This document shows positions 28,148 to 36,581 of a stretch of DNA of 64,000 nt, one piece after another; positions within the stretch are counted from its first letter, which is position 1; the number at the start of each line of letters is the position of its first letter. Under the pieces are notes generated by a model. The model saw only the letters and a program-made list of their open reading frames with translations, was not told where the DNA came from and searched no databases. This stretch comes from a virus. Position numbers and translations under genes: made by a program. The stretch is from IMG/VR virus record IMGVR_UViG_3300040801_005525, positions 1-64,000 of that record. One strand, 5' to 3'.

Positions 28148-28729
28148 ATGCAGACCATCATCACCCTTACCGAAGTCCGCACCCTCACAAACGGCAGCAG
28201 ACTCGCCCGCTACGAGCTGCGCGGCCAGCGCTGCGCTTCTTTCGTGCCACGCCAGGGTGACGCGCTCGCATGGCTCCTCTCCTCTCTCTCGCTTACTCAG
28301 GAGCCCGCCATGCAAGACGAGCTTGCCGAGGTGCGCAGCATCATCCACGCCGCAGGCTGGGATCGATGGCGCAAGGCCATCGACGCCGTTCACACCATCA
28401 AGGGCGATGCACAGCGCACCGCACAGCTCATGGTCGAGCAGGCGCTTCGTACCGAGTGGATCGCTACACTCGACCGCGCCGAAGCGCTGCTTCAGCAGCA
28501 CCTCGACGAGGAGCTTACCGAGTGGGCTGCCGACATGACCGACGCGATGCGCGCCGAGGTCGTCGAGGTCGTCGCAGAGCGCCAGGCCGCTTTCGCAGCG
28601 CGCCGCAGCGAGATCCGAAGCACGGCGGCCCACACCCTCATCGAGACCTTTCGTAAGCTCGAGGCGCTCGCGCAAGCAGTCCGCTTCGAGGAGAGCACAC
28701 GCATCTGTGACGTGCTCGGCTGCCGCTAA
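28148..28729 (+). CDS. Hypothetical helical protein
   Basis: GGAG RBS, first gene after the promoter. Confidence 0.75.
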   Translation: MQTIITLTEVRTLTNGSRLARYELRGQRCASFVPRQGDALAWLLSSLSLTQEPAMQDELAEVRSIIHAAGWDRWRKAIDAVHTIKGDAQRTAQLMVEQALRTEWIATLDRAEALLQQHLDEELTEWAADMTDAMRAEVVEVVAERQAAFAARRSEIRSTAAHTLIETFRKLEALAQAVRFEESTRICDVLGCR

Positions 28730-28764
28730 TCCCCACCTTGCCCCTCACTCTACAGGAGATCATC

Positions 28765-29196
28765 ATGACACACCGACTCTACGCCCCCACCGCTGCCGCG
28801 CTCACAGAGACCACCCACCAAGACATGCCCGACGACGCGCCAGAGGGTGCATTCCTCGCAAGCGGTGGACGCCTCGAGCTCGTCACCCCCCGCACCTTCT
28901 TCGTCCGTCAAGGCGGAGCATGGATCGAAATGGACCGAGACGCCTGGCACGAGGCGCGCCGAGCTGCGGTCTGGCAGGCTCGCGCCACGACACACACGAG
29001 CGAGTGGCTTGCCGAGTGGCGAGCACAGATGGGAGGAAGCGAAGCGCACCCCTTGACGCAAGAGCAGCTCGCCGAGATCCTCGGCGTCTCAGTGAGAGCC
29101 GTCAAGGGGTGGGAAAAGGACGGCTCACCTCAGCCCTATCTGTGGCGCGCGCTCCGAGACTGGGAGGCGCACAGGTACGATGCGATCGAGGAGTAA
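28765..29196 (+). CDS. Protein with C-terminal XRE HTH
   Basis: LTQEQLAEILGVSVRAVKGWEK. AGGAG RBS. Confidence 0.85.
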   Translation: MTHRLYAPTAAALTETTHQDMPDDAPEGAFLASGGRLELVTPRTFFVRQGGAWIEMDRDAWHEARRAAVWQARATTHTSEWLAEWRAQMGGSEAHPLTQEQLAEILGVSVRAVKGWEKDGSPQPYLWRALRDWEAHRYDAIEE

Positions 29197-29339
29197 CCGT
29201 CAGCGAGACACCCCTCGCTGACTCCACCAACAAAAACGCCCCTCCGTGTGAGGGAGGGGCATCACTGCAATACGCCTCGCGGCATCACTGCAATGACTGG
29301 ACTGTCAGTGTAGCGCGAGGCTCACACGAGGACAAGACC

Positions 29340-29966
29340 ATGACTCATGAGATCATCACCCCGAACGGCACCACGTGGACCTTTACCATGGATGAGGAGA
29401 CCGCGCGCGCTGGCGACGTGGATCACCATATCCTCATCGACCCCGAAGCGCACACGGCCACCTATTCGTGGATCTCGAGGGGCTCCACAGCATCGAGCGT
29501 GTGGCATCGGCTTGAGCGATCGATCGCCGTGCCCGAAGGGTCAACCCGTGAGAGCGTCCTCGGTCTGCTCGAGGATGGCGCCTACTTCGACGCCGTGGAG
29601 GCTGCATGGCAGGGCGCGCAGTGGGATGGCTCGAATCATCGCGGCATGTGGGACGAGGATGGCATTATGGCGCTCGCAGACTGGGAGGTGCATGGCCAGT
29701 TCGAGGTACTCTTTACCGGAGACGAGGCGCTCGACCAGCTCCTCTATGGCGCCTCCTCACGCGAACTCTTCGAGGAATGGCTCGAGCTTGGCCCCGCGAG
29801 CCACCAGAGCGACGACTTTGCCTATGACCCTGCCGAGTACGAGAAGAGCCTCTTTGCACACCTTGCGCAGCAGGATCAGGATGACTTGCGCATCGACGAA
29901 GAGGACGAGGAAGACATGGCGCTGTGGCGCGCACTCCAGAATCAGATCAATGTGCGACAATCCTGA
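29340..29966 (+). CDS. Hypothetical acidic protein
   Basis: GAGGA RBS, ends before a terminator. Confidence 0.7.
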   Translation: MTHEIITPNGTTWTFTMDEETARAGDVDHHILIDPEAHTATYSWISRGSTASSVWHRLERSIAVPEGSTRESVLGLLEDGAYFDAVEAAWQGAQWDGSNHRGMWDEDGIMALADWEVHGQFEVLFTGDEALDQLLYGASSRELFEEWLELGPASHQSDDFAYDPAEYEKSLFAHLAQQDQDDLRIDEEDEEDMALWRALQNQINVRQS

Positions 29967-29991
29967 GTTTGCGCCTTGCACAAGAAACGCA

Positions 29992-30022
29992 AAGAGCCCG
30001 CGTCGTGATGACGCGGGCTCTT
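29992..30022. terminator. Terminator hairpin between convergent transcription units
   Basis: AAGAGCCCGCGTC-gtgat-GACGCGGGCTCTT, a perfect 13-bp stem with T-rich flanks in both directions. Confidence 0.8.
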
Positions 30023-30028
30023 CTTATT

Positions 30029-30113
30029 CGCTGCAACCCGGAACCGCCCCGGGACTCGTTTTCTCCGGCTCTCACGGAGCAAAATAGCTCTTCTCATTGA
30101 GGCTTATTGCAGC
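30029..30113 (-). ncRNA. tRNA-like cloverleaf RNA (non-canonical)
   Basis: GCTGCAA-TA-AGCCTC/AATGAGAA/GAGCT-A-TTTTGCTCCG/TGAGAGC/CGGAGAAAA-CGAGT-CCCGG/GGCGGTT/CCGGG-TTGCAGC-G. Shows a 7-bp acceptor, D-like arm, extended anticodon-like arm, 5-nt variable region and a 5-bp T-like stem with 7-nt loop. Confidence 0.65.
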
Positions 30114-30132
30114 ACAGTTTCATCCTATCGAG

Positions 30133-30588
30133 TCACCAGCGCCACACGGCAAAGCTCACCGCGGTCGTCACGGCCACGCTCACCCCACACGGCACCCGCG
30201 CATCGAGTTCGCCCTGCGCGGCAGGCACGCACAGCGCGGTCGCGGCGCCAAAGGACGCAGCAAGAAGCACGATGCCCCAAGTCGGACGGCGTGAGAGACT
30301 GGCGATCGTGTCGTCCTTCTGAGCTTCACGTGCCGCGCAGTCCTGGGCGCGCACTGTGCAGGCGTCTTTGTCTCGCTCGCACTTGTGCTTGTCAGCGCGG
30401 CACATGTGCACCTCGCGCGCGTCCTTGACGGCTTGTCGGTAGAAGTTCTTCGTGACGATCTTGGACTCGGGAGGGGGTGACTCACTCATCAACGGCGAGG
30501 AGCTCTGCGCGAAGCTCGGCCCACTCTTGATTGAGAGGATGATCAGGATCGCTAATGTCAGGAGGATCCGGCACTGTATCGATCTCAT
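30133..30588 (-). CDS. Exported Cys-rich protein with C-terminal TM (spanin-like position)
   Basis: Signal peptide ending SFA-Q, Cys-patterned coiled coil, hydrophobic C-terminus. Overlaps the upstream gene by 107 bp. Confidence 0.55.
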   Translation of the reverse strand: MRSIQCRILLTLAILIILSIKSGPSFAQSSSPLMSESPPPESKIVTKNFYRQAVKDAREVHMCRADKHKCERDKDACTVRAQDCAAREAQKDDTIASLSRRPTWGIVLLAASFGAATALCVPAAQGELDARVPCGVSVAVTTAVSFAVWRW

Positions 30589-30880
30589 GATGGTCCTCGG
30601 CGGTCATGATGGTCGGGTCGAGCACGATCGGAGGGAGTTCGATCGGAGGGAACTCGCCCTGCTCGGGACGTGGTGCTGTGGGGGGTGGGGAGGGGGTCTC
30701 TTTTCTGTCTTTGAGGAGCGTGAGCACGAACAGCGCGCCAAGTGGCGGGAGCAGGCAGGCCAAGAAGAGCTTCGCCGCCCACACACGCCTCGTCGTGGCC
30801 CACACCGTGGCGCTCATCACCACCAACACGCCCCACAGTACGAGCAGGATGAGGTGTGCCGTCGTCAGCTGGTCGATCAT
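30482..30880 (-). CDS. Membrane protein with Pro-rich tail (lysis module)
   Basis: Two N-terminal TM helices, AGGAGG RBS. Confidence 0.65.
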   Translation of the reverse strand: MIDQLTTAHLILLVLWGVLVVMSATVWATTRRVWAAKLFLACLLPPLGALFVLTLLKDRKETPSPPPTAPRPEQGEFPPIELPPIVLDPTIMTAEDHHEIDTVPDPPDISDPDHPLNQEWAELRAELLAVDE

Positions 30881-31542
30881 GGCGCCCTCCTGTAGCGCAC
30901 GACCGCCCACAGCTGGGCCTCGCCCGTCAGGGTGAGTGGGTGCGCGTCCACGAGGATCTTGACGCCGTTGACCATGAGCTCGGCGCCGCGCACGACCTCG
31001 CCCCGCAAGGCGCGCGCGAGCGGCCAGGACCTCGGCGGGAGCTCGTGCCCCTCCCAGTCATAGACGGGGCCGATCTGCTCGGCGAGCTCGCGCAGGGTGT
31101 CCGCGTCGAGATCCCGGTCCGTGAGCATCAGGATGTGCAGCGCGCCGCCGTTGCTGATCACGTGGGTCAAGTCGTGCGCCCACACATCCACGCCCTCATC
31201 GAAGGTCTTCAAGACCTTCTCGAAGAGCTCCCTGAGCCTGGCGCGCTCGCGGCGCTCGACCGTCAAGTCCACCTCGAGCGCGTCGATCCTGTACTTGAAG
31301 CGCAGCACGGTGCGCTCGCAGTCCTCGTCCTTCTGCTCGAGCTCTGTGAGGTGCAGCTCGCGCAGCTCACGCACCAGGCGCTCGAGCTCCTCGATGCGGT
31401 GCTGCTTGATCCTCACCTGATCTTGCAGGTCCACGGCGAGATCCATGGCGCTCGTCTCCTCGCCAAGCCCTGGCTGGCTTGCCCTGAGCGCCGCGGCAAA
31501 GTCCTCTCCCCCCAGAATCGTCTTGGTGACGTCGTCGCTCAT
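30877..31542 (-). CDS. Coiled-coil protein with C-terminal PAS-like domain
   Basis: ERERARLRELFEKVLKTFDEGVDVW...VYDWEGHELPPRSWPLARALRGEVVRGAELMV...VDAHPL...AVVRYR. Confidence 0.6.
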   Translation of the reverse strand: MSDDVTKTILGGEDFAAALRASQPGLGEETSAMDLAVDLQDQVRIKQHRIEELERLVRELRELHLTELEQKDEDCERTVLRFKYRIDALEVDLTVERRERARLRELFEKVLKTFDEGVDVWAHDLTHVISNGGALHILMLTDRDLDADTLRELAEQIGPVYDWEGHELPPRSWPLARALRGEVVRGAELMVNGVKILVDAHPLTLTGEAQLWAVVRYRRAP

Positions 31543-31919
31543 CCATCTGCCTTTCTTGTCAGGGAGGGTGCCGCATCGGCGAGGTTGAGGGAGTCGGACA
31601 CCTCGTCGAGCCCTCGCGCCTCGAGGGTGTGCCGCGTCTCGCGCAGCTTGTCTTGCAACTCCTCGACCTTCTGCTCGAGCGCCTTGCACCTGTCCTGATA
31701 GTAGAGCACGCGTGCCGTCTCCGAGTCCTCGAGCTCCTTGATGCGCGCAGCCTGCGCCTCGATGGTCTTGGCCTGGGTGTCGGTCGCATCCTTGGCGGAG
31801 CCACGTTTATAATCGAGCGTCCAACGCCAGCCATAGACGAGCAAGGCCACAGCGCCACCAAGGGTCATCCCCTTTGGCGACATGATCAGTTCGAGGAGGT
31901 TTGGATCGGGCGTGGCCAT
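31539..31919 (-). CDS. N-terminal TM plus coiled-coil protein
   Basis: AGGAGG RBS, one TM helix, then heptads. Confidence 0.7.
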   Translation of the reverse strand: MATPDPNLLELIMSPKGMTLGGAVALLVYGWRWTLDYKRGSAKDATDTQAKTIEAQAARIKELEDSETARVLYYQDRCKALEQKVEELQDKLRETRHTLEARGLDEVSDSLNLADAAPSLTRKADG

Positions 31920-32326
31920 CGTGGAGCCTCCTGACTGGTGTAGAGGGTGAGGGCCGCGAGCAGCGCAGCGACCCCGTAGGAGGGTGTGGAGGTGAGCCAC
32001 ACGGAGGTCTCGCCAAAGGCCACCACGCAGGCACACCACCACACCAGGCAGAATGCCAGGACGATCCAGCGCACACACAGCGCCACACGACCAGGGATGA
32101 TGGCGAGGATCAGGTCACACACCCCGAGGAGGAGCGGCACGAGCCCTGCGGCGCCCTGGATGCCGCCATACTCCGCCCATTCGTACATGTCGCGCAGCTC
32201 GGGCGGCAGCAGGCGCGCGCCCACCAACACCCAGAGCCCCCACCATATGAGCCAGGTCGAGTGCGCGGCGGCAGCGGGGTTGCACGCCCGCAGAATGCGT
32301 CGAGGGGTCTGGAGTAGGCGTCTCAC
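31886..32326 (-). CDS. Four-TM membrane protein (holin candidate)
   Basis: GGAGGA RBS, GTGA overlap, four hydrophobic helices. Confidence 0.65.
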   Translation of the reverse strand: MRRLLQTPRRILRACNPAAAAHSTWLIWWGLWVLVGARLLPPELRDMYEWAEYGGIQGAAGLVPLLLGVCDLILAIIPGRVALCVRWIVLAFCLVWWCACVVAFGETSVWLTSTPSYGVAALLAALTLYTSQEAPRWPRPIQTSSN

Positions 32327-32622
32327 TTGTCCTCCTCCTTGATCGACACCTCGCCCGAGATCTCGAGCTTGGAGCCGCCCGGCCCCTCCGCACGCAGGCC
32401 CGCGTAGCGTCGCAGCCCCACGAGCGTCACCGTGCCCGCCACGCAGAGCACGGCGCCGATCAGGCCAAAGTACACATAGGGCATCAGATCCTCGCGCTGC
32501 TCTGTGGCGAGCTGGGTCAGGAGCAAGCCCGCACCGCTGGCGAGCACGACGAGGATCCCCGTGAGGATCAGGAGGTAGCCGCTTCGCTCGTGCGGCTCGT
32601 CAAGGGGTGATGGGGTGGCCAT
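32323..32622 (-). CDS. Two-TM membrane protein (holin candidate)
   Basis: Two TM helices with a charged tail, directly after the endolysin. Confidence 0.65.
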   Translation of the reverse strand: MATPSPLDEPHERSGYLLILTGILVVLASGAGLLLTQLATEQREDLMPYVYFGLIGAVLCVAGTVTLVGLRRYAGLRAEGPGGSKLEISGEVSIKEEDK

Positions 32623-32648
32623 GGAGTACTCCTCTGGTGAAGCGTGAA

Positions 32649-33281
32649 TCAGCGCAGCGCGCTGCCGGTGAAGTGATGGAGCTCGAAGCGGTACGCATGC
32701 AGGCAGTCCTTGAGGGGCCGCTCGTTACGCACCACACCCTCGCCGCGTGTTCCATCGCCGAGGGTGCCGATGGCGTTGCCCTCCACACACGCGATGACCC
32801 CTCTCTCCAGATCAGGCGGTCCCTCGGCGAGCATGATGTGATCCCCCTCGGGCCTGTTGGTCCTCGGCGTGTCGAGGATCACGATGTCCCCGCGGATCGC
32901 GTCCTTCGGGTCGAGGCGCTCCATCCTCGGCACCCCTGCGCGCCTGTATTGCCTGTCTGAGACGAGGCGTGTGCACGAGGGGATCACGAAGGTGGCCATC
33001 AGCGGGTTGATCGACACATCGAGGCATTGCCCCGGCATGATGAAGTCCCCGACCTCCATGCCGCAGGCCGCCACGTGGATCCCACACCACATCGTGTCGC
33101 TCGTCTCCTTGTAGCCGCCGTGTTTGTCGATGGCCCACCCCCATCTCACCAGACGAAAGAGGCGCTCGATCTCGAGCCTGTCGCCCACATAGCCGCGCTG
33201 GATGTCCCGAATGGTGAGCTCCCAGTTGGCAAGCGCTGCGTCGACGAGGGCGTCGCGCAGCTGTTCAATGGTGATCGTCAT
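32649..33281 (-). CDS. CHAP/NlpC-P60-like endolysin
   Basis: WCG (catalytic Cys), GDIVI, GDHI (His) and VEGN in CHAP order. Confidence 0.7.
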   Translation of the reverse strand: MTITIEQLRDALVDAALANWELTIRDIQRGYVGDRLEIERLFRLVRWGWAIDKHGGYKETSDTMWCGIHVAACGMEVGDFIMPGQCLDVSINPLMATFVIPSCTRLVSDRQYRRAGVPRMERLDPKDAIRGDIVILDTPRTNRPEGDHIMLAEGPPDLERGVIACVEGNAIGTLGDGTRGEGVVRNERPLKDCLHAYRFELHHFTGSALR

Positions 33282-33774
33282 GGGGCACCTCGTGATGGGG
33301 AGTGGGGTTAAAGCGCTCGAACAGCTGCCTGTACTGGTCAGGGAGTCGAAGTGGCATCGGCCCTTGTGACCACGCCACGCTCCCCACGAAGAAGTGAAAG
33401 ATGAAGACGCAGGTCACGACCCAGTGGTGGCGAGGCTGGCCCACGCCGAGCGCCGCGCACGCAATGAGCCCTGCGCCATACACGGCGAGCGCCACGGTCA
33501 CCTGCCACGGCGTGCGAAAAAGCTGGGGGCCAAACAAATGCCCCGAGAGCACGCCGCAGCCTGCCGGGATGAACGCCACGAAAAGGCTCCACAGCGCAGT
33601 CTGTTCGCTGATGGTGTCGCCAAGCTTCGTGCTCACCGCAGGCAGGATGTCATAGAGGATCACGAGGATCGTGCCGAGGAGGAGCAGCCCGAGCGTAAAC
33701 TCGAGGTAATCCCCCTTTTTGATGCGCTCCACGAGCTCTCGCTCGCTCGACTGCGTCGGGGTAGGTCTTTGCAT
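33265..33774 (-). CDS. Four-TM membrane protein
   Basis: Four hydrophobic helices, GGAG RBS. Confidence 0.7.
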   Translation of the reverse strand: MQRPTPTQSSERELVERIKKGDYLEFTLGLLLLGTILVILYDILPAVSTKLGDTISEQTALWSLFVAFIPAGCGVLSGHLFGPQLFRTPWQVTVALAVYGAGLIACAALGVGQPRHHWVVTCVFIFHFFVGSVAWSQGPMPLRLPDQYRQLFERFNPTPHHEVPHDDHH

Positions 33775-33893
33775 GAAGTCTCCGCTGAGATAGGGGGGGA
33801 TGGCGCCTCAAGGGAGGACACCTCGGACAAGCCACCCGATCAGGAGCCCTGCGAGCACACACCCCATGTGCGCTCGTAAGCCCCAAAGCCTGA

Positions 33894-34208
33894 TCAGGTA
33901 GGCCCGTTTGGGTCCGTCCAGGGCACGAGGTTGAAGGCGCCCGCGAGCTCCACGAGCGAGGCATACTCCTGCTGCCCCTCGCTCCCCTCGTCGACATACG
34001 CCCATACGAGCCCCGTGATGCCCCCGAGCTGCTCGATCTGAGCGGCAGGGGCGCTGCCTTGCCCCCCATAGTGCGTGATGGTGTGTGAGCCTGAATTCAG
34101 GGCGAGCGCCACGGTCAGGCCCGCAAGATCCGGGGCCTGGTTGAGCACATCCTGTCTGATGCGTTGAATGTCTGCGGCTGGGCCGTACAGGGCGATTTCT
34201 CGTCTCAT
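33894..34208 (-). CDS. Hypothetical protein
   Basis: GAGGACACC-ATG leader. Confidence 0.65.
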   Translation of the reverse strand: MRREIALYGPAADIQRIRQDVLNQAPDLAGLTVALALNSGSHTITHYGGQGSAPAAQIEQLGGITGLVWAYVDEGSEGQQEYASLVELAGAFNLVPWTDPNGPT

Positions 34209-34239
34209 GGTGTCCTCTCCATCATGGTGGTCAATAAGG

Positions 34240-34680
34240 TCAGATCGCGGGGATCGGCTCGTAGGGCTTGACGCCAAAGTCGCGCATCACCTCGCGGCGG
34301 TCATGCAGCACGACCCAGCGCCCCTCCTGCTTGATCTTGTGTGCGAAGAGCAGCGCGATGCACCGCCCCTCAGGCCCGAGTCGTGCGATAAACGTGTCCC
34401 CTCCTCGGAACACCTCCTTGACCCCGGAGTCGGGCAGAGGCTCCGGGTAGAGCTCGCGGTACACGATCGCGAGCGAGAAGCGCGTCACGACCTCCGAGGG
34501 GATCGCGAGCTCGGCGGCGTAGTGGGTGTGCGTGTGCCCCCCCTCGTTGCTCCACTCGGGGTCAAAGTTCACGAAGTGCTCCCCGAGCTCCTTGAACGCC
34601 TCGTTCACGATGCGTTGTGCGTCCTCCCTGTCCTCGCGTGGCACGAGCACAAAGAGCCTGGTGTCATTACGTGGGGTCAT
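34240..34680 (-). CDS. Hypothetical protein
   Basis: Coupled to the upstream gene. Confidence 0.65.
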   Translation of the reverse strand: MTPRNDTRLFVLVPREDREDAQRIVNEAFKELGEHFVNFDPEWSNEGGHTHTHYAAELAIPSEVVTRFSLAIVYRELYPEPLPDSGVKEVFRGGDTFIARLGPEGRCIALLFAHKIKQEGRWVVLHDRREVMRDFGVKPYEPIPAI

Positions 34681-36100
34681 CTTCTTTGCCTCCGCAGGTC
34701 CAGTTCATGTCATCGCAGTAGCGCTCCCAGCGCGTCAGCTCGGTCACCGTCATCTCGGCGCGCTTGACCCCAAAGCCCCTGAGGTCTCCCTCGAAGAAGA
34801 AGCCAAGCGAGGTGCCCCCCGAAATCCTCCTGCACCCGAGGGTGAAGGTGGTCATGGCCGTCTCGACAGAGCTCGAGCCGCTCTGTGTGACGATGGGCGT
34901 CACCTCATCAGGGGAGACCCATGCCGCGATGTCGACGCTGCGCGCGCCCGACCCCGTGGGGCCCTCGACCACCTCGATGACCGTCCAGTCGTCTGCCGGA
35001 TCCACGCCAAAGAAGGTGTCGACTGTGGCGCCTGCGCGCCGAATGAAGGGGTAATGGTTGTTGAAGCGTGCATAGGCCGACACCCATGTGCCGCTGTCAT
35101 CGTTGCCCGCGCTCCACATGTACCTGTAGCTCGAGGAGCCTGCGGTCATGTCGCTGTGCGCCATGGCGACCGTGTAGGTCTCCCCGGGGTTAAACCACGA
35201 GGCGATCGCGTCGATCTCGATCTTGTCGTCCACGCCATCAGCCTCTGCGGCACCAGGCACGCCCCCTGCGTCCGCGCGATAGGTGTAGCGCGCGCTGCCC
35301 GTGCTCGTGCCGTCGATCCCGAGGTTTCGCCCGAGCCAGGAGGTGATCCCATCCCCGTCGACATAGCCCTGGTCCTCGAGATCCTGGTAGTCCCAGTACT
35401 CATCAAACAGCAGCTCGGGTGCCTGGCGCACGCTCGCCGTGGGGGCGCTCGTGGCGTCGTCGCTGCCTGCGCCATTTTCGGCAGTGACTGTACACGTCAG
35501 CTGCGCGCCCACGTCCTCGTACTGCACGACATAGGTCGAGAGCGTGGCGCCAGACAGGGCCACGCCATCACGCTTCCACTGGTAGGCATACGTGATGGGG
35601 GTGGTGCCCGTGACGCTCCCGTCGCTCACCGAGAGCGTCTGACCTTCCTTGGCCTCCCCCGAGATGACGGGGTCCACGATGAAGGCGGGCGCCTGCGCGC
35701 CCACGACCACATCCACGGGGTCACTCGTACCCGTCACATCGGGATCGATGCCGTTCGAGTACACCTCATTGAGGCGCACTTGCTTGCCCGCCTGGCCGCT
35801 CGAGGTCGAGAGCGTCAAGCTGTCGGTGCCATTGAGCTCGACCCACAGCCCCGAATCGAGCCGAAGCTCCCAGTAGCGCCGCACGAGGCTTGGCGCAGGT
35901 TGCCCCGCATAGGTGCCTCCTGTTCCAGTGACATCCTCCCCGGCATTGACCTCGTTCGGCGCGCTCGGGGGAGTGACGACGCTCGGCACCACGGTTTGTG
36001 CCCCGGGCACATAGTCCGTGAGCAGGACGTGGCGCGCGATGCGTGGCCCCATCGTGGATTGCGCGCTCGCCGCCCTGAATGTGCTCTGCTTGATGGTCAC
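34667..36100 (-). CDS. Virion/tail protein with Ig-like domains and a probable lectin-like C-terminus
   Basis: PVISGEAKEGQTLSVSDG..TYAYQWKRDG..SGAT..TY..DVGAQLTCTVTAENGAGS. The C-terminal FEGDLRGFGV..ELTRWERY is LamG-like. Confidence 0.7.
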   Translation of the reverse strand: MTIKQSTFRAASAQSTMGPRIARHVLLTDYVPGAQTVVPSVVTPPSAPNEVNAGEDVTGTGGTYAGQPAPSLVRRYWELRLDSGLWVELNGTDSLTLSTSSGQAGKQVRLNEVYSNGIDPDVTGTSDPVDVVVGAQAPAFIVDPVISGEAKEGQTLSVSDGSVTGTTPITYAYQWKRDGVALSGATLSTYVVQYEDVGAQLTCTVTAENGAGSDDATSAPTASVRQAPELLFDEYWDYQDLEDQGYVDGDGITSWLGRNLGIDGTSTGSARYTYRADAGGVPGAAEADGVDDKIEIDAIASWFNPGETYTVAMAHSDMTAGSSSYRYMWSAGNDDSGTWVSAYARFNNHYPFIRRAGATVDTFFGVDPADDWTVIEVVEGPTGSGARSVDIAAWVSPDEVTPIVTQSGSSSVETAMTTFTLGCRRISGGTSLGFFFEGDLRGFGVKRAEMTVTELTRWERYCDDMNWTCGGKEDDPT

Positions 36101-36104
36101 AGCC

Positions 36105-36488
36105 TTACCCCGCCAGCTCGATGATGGTCACAGGCTCTTCCTCGCTCGAGTAGACCTCGGCGGCGGAGAGCCTCACAGTGCACTGCACGAAGGCGGGCTC
36201 GGCATCGAGCGCCTGCGTCTGTGTGGGGGAGAGCGTCGCGCGCACATAGGGCCCCGTGCTCTGCGCCCCGTCCGTGTCGCGCAGACTGAAGATGTCGGCT
36301 TCAGGCGAGCCATTGGCCGAGTCGAACGAGACGAGCGCCTCGCCGCGCTCATCGACCACCACGAGCTTGAATGTGATGCCCGCACCTCCGGTCAACATGT
36401 CCTCACCAAAGGCATCCTTCGGGCGCCACTCGCGCGCCCAGGTGTTCCCCTTCTTGATGGTGTCTTCGGGGGCATAATAGCAGCTCAT
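36105..36488 (-). CDS. Tail-associated hypothetical protein
   Basis: GAGGAG RBS, beta-rich. Confidence 0.65.
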   Translation of the reverse strand: MSCYYAPEDTIKKGNTWAREWRPKDAFGEDMLTGGAGITFKLVVVDERGEALVSFDSANGSPEADIFSLRDTDGAQSTGPYVRATLSPTQTQALDAEPAFVQCTVRLSAAEVYSSEEEPVTIIELAG

Positions 36489-36581
36489 GGGGCTCCTCTT
36501 GGCGCAAAAAGGCCTTGGCGATCGTCACGTGTGCGACGAATCGGTTCAGGTGTGCTGTGGGGGGTGGGATGGGGTCTTTTT

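Noticed and set aside
30029-30113. Canonical tRNA-Ser (AGA at loop centre)
   Set aside because: No TTC in the T loop, no D-loop GG, no U33, an over-long anticodon stem and no long variable arm. Reported as tRNA-like instead.
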